A DNA stretch of 34,262 nt from a bacterium (lineage in GTDB: Bacteria; Patescibacteriota; Minisyncoccia; Phycocordibacterales; Phycocordibacteraceae), in contig JAJXVZ010000001.1 in NCBI GenBank assembly GCA_021781865.1, positions 1 through 34,262 on the forward strand. The letters run 5' to 3'. Position 1 is the first letter of the stretch, and the number at the start of each line of letters is the position of its first letter. Both the position numbers and the translations under genes were made by a program. The notes below the pieces were generated by a model, which saw only the letters and a list, made by a program, of their open reading frames with translations, made no database searches and was not told the DNA's origin. Below, in pieces: positions 34,040-34,262 of this stretch.

Positions 34040-34262
34040 ATGCAAACTATTGTCGGGGTGTTGCGAGGTGGGCCTTCGCGTGAACATGAAGTTTCGCTAA
34101 AGTCGGGCGCCGCCATTCTCGCGAATCTTCCAGAAAGTCATTTCGCCGCGCACGATATCTATATCGATAAAAGCGGACAATGGCACGAACGTGGTCGTCC
34201 GACCACGCCCGACCGCACCCTGCGACAACTCGACGCAGTTCTCATCGGTTTGCATGGCGAAT
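34040..34262 (+). CDS. ddl: D-alanine--D-alanine ligase, N-terminal fragment (runs off the window)
   Basis: 'MQTIVGVLRGGPSREHEVSLKSGAAILANL ... YIDKSGQWH ... DAVLIGLHGE' matches the conserved Ddl N-terminal domain. Confidence 0.8.
   Translation, partial: MQTIVGVLRGGPSREHEVSLKSGAAILANLPESHFAAHDIYIDKSGQWHERGRPTTPDRTLRQLDAVLIGLHGE

Noticed and set aside
1-34262. Alternative genetic code (UGA recoded, as in some CPR lineages), CRISPR arrays, integrases or transposases, and rRNA.
   Set aside because: Long conserved genes terminate at TGA (for example pyk) and read cleanly with the standard code. I saw no spaced direct-repeat arrays, no recombinase or transposase-like translations in the ORF track, and no rRNA-like sequence.

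Overview
This is a 34.3 kb window of compact bacterial chromosome that uses the standard genetic code. By eye it is about 43-47% GC, with locally richer patches. Housekeeping genes are present: gyrA, pyk, tgt, a contiguous uvrB-uvrA-uvrC block, the start of ddl, and tRNA-Leu(UAG) and tRNA-Lys(CUU). They are interleaved with many envelope or secretion genes. The lineage looks like a CPR/Patescibacteria (Parcubacteria-like) genome. The basis is a tandem array of small two-helix VirB2/TrbC-type pilin paralogs, a shortened UvrC, tight or overlapping gene junctions, and mostly absent Shine-Dalgarno sequences. This is inference, not proof. Four things seem most worth a second look. (1) At 5413-9810 a SAM-methyltransferase, an orphan solute-binding protein and six pilin-like paralogs form a translationally coupled chain. 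(2) At 18363-24105 a T4SS coupling-protein/VirB4-like P-loop ATPase with no TM segment sits next to an 880-aa bitopic protein with a His-rich exodomain and a small helical protein. (3) At 24683-26667 there is a visibly GC-richer, self-contained cassette with its own promoter, strong SDs and terminators. It encodes two paralogous OMP-like small beta-barrel proteins ending in GxGYR[E/K], plus a convergent lipoprotein. (4) The tgt homolog lacks the canonical CxCxxC zinc motif. I saw no CRISPR array, integrase, transposase or rRNA. All homology calls come from reading the supplied translations; no searches were run.
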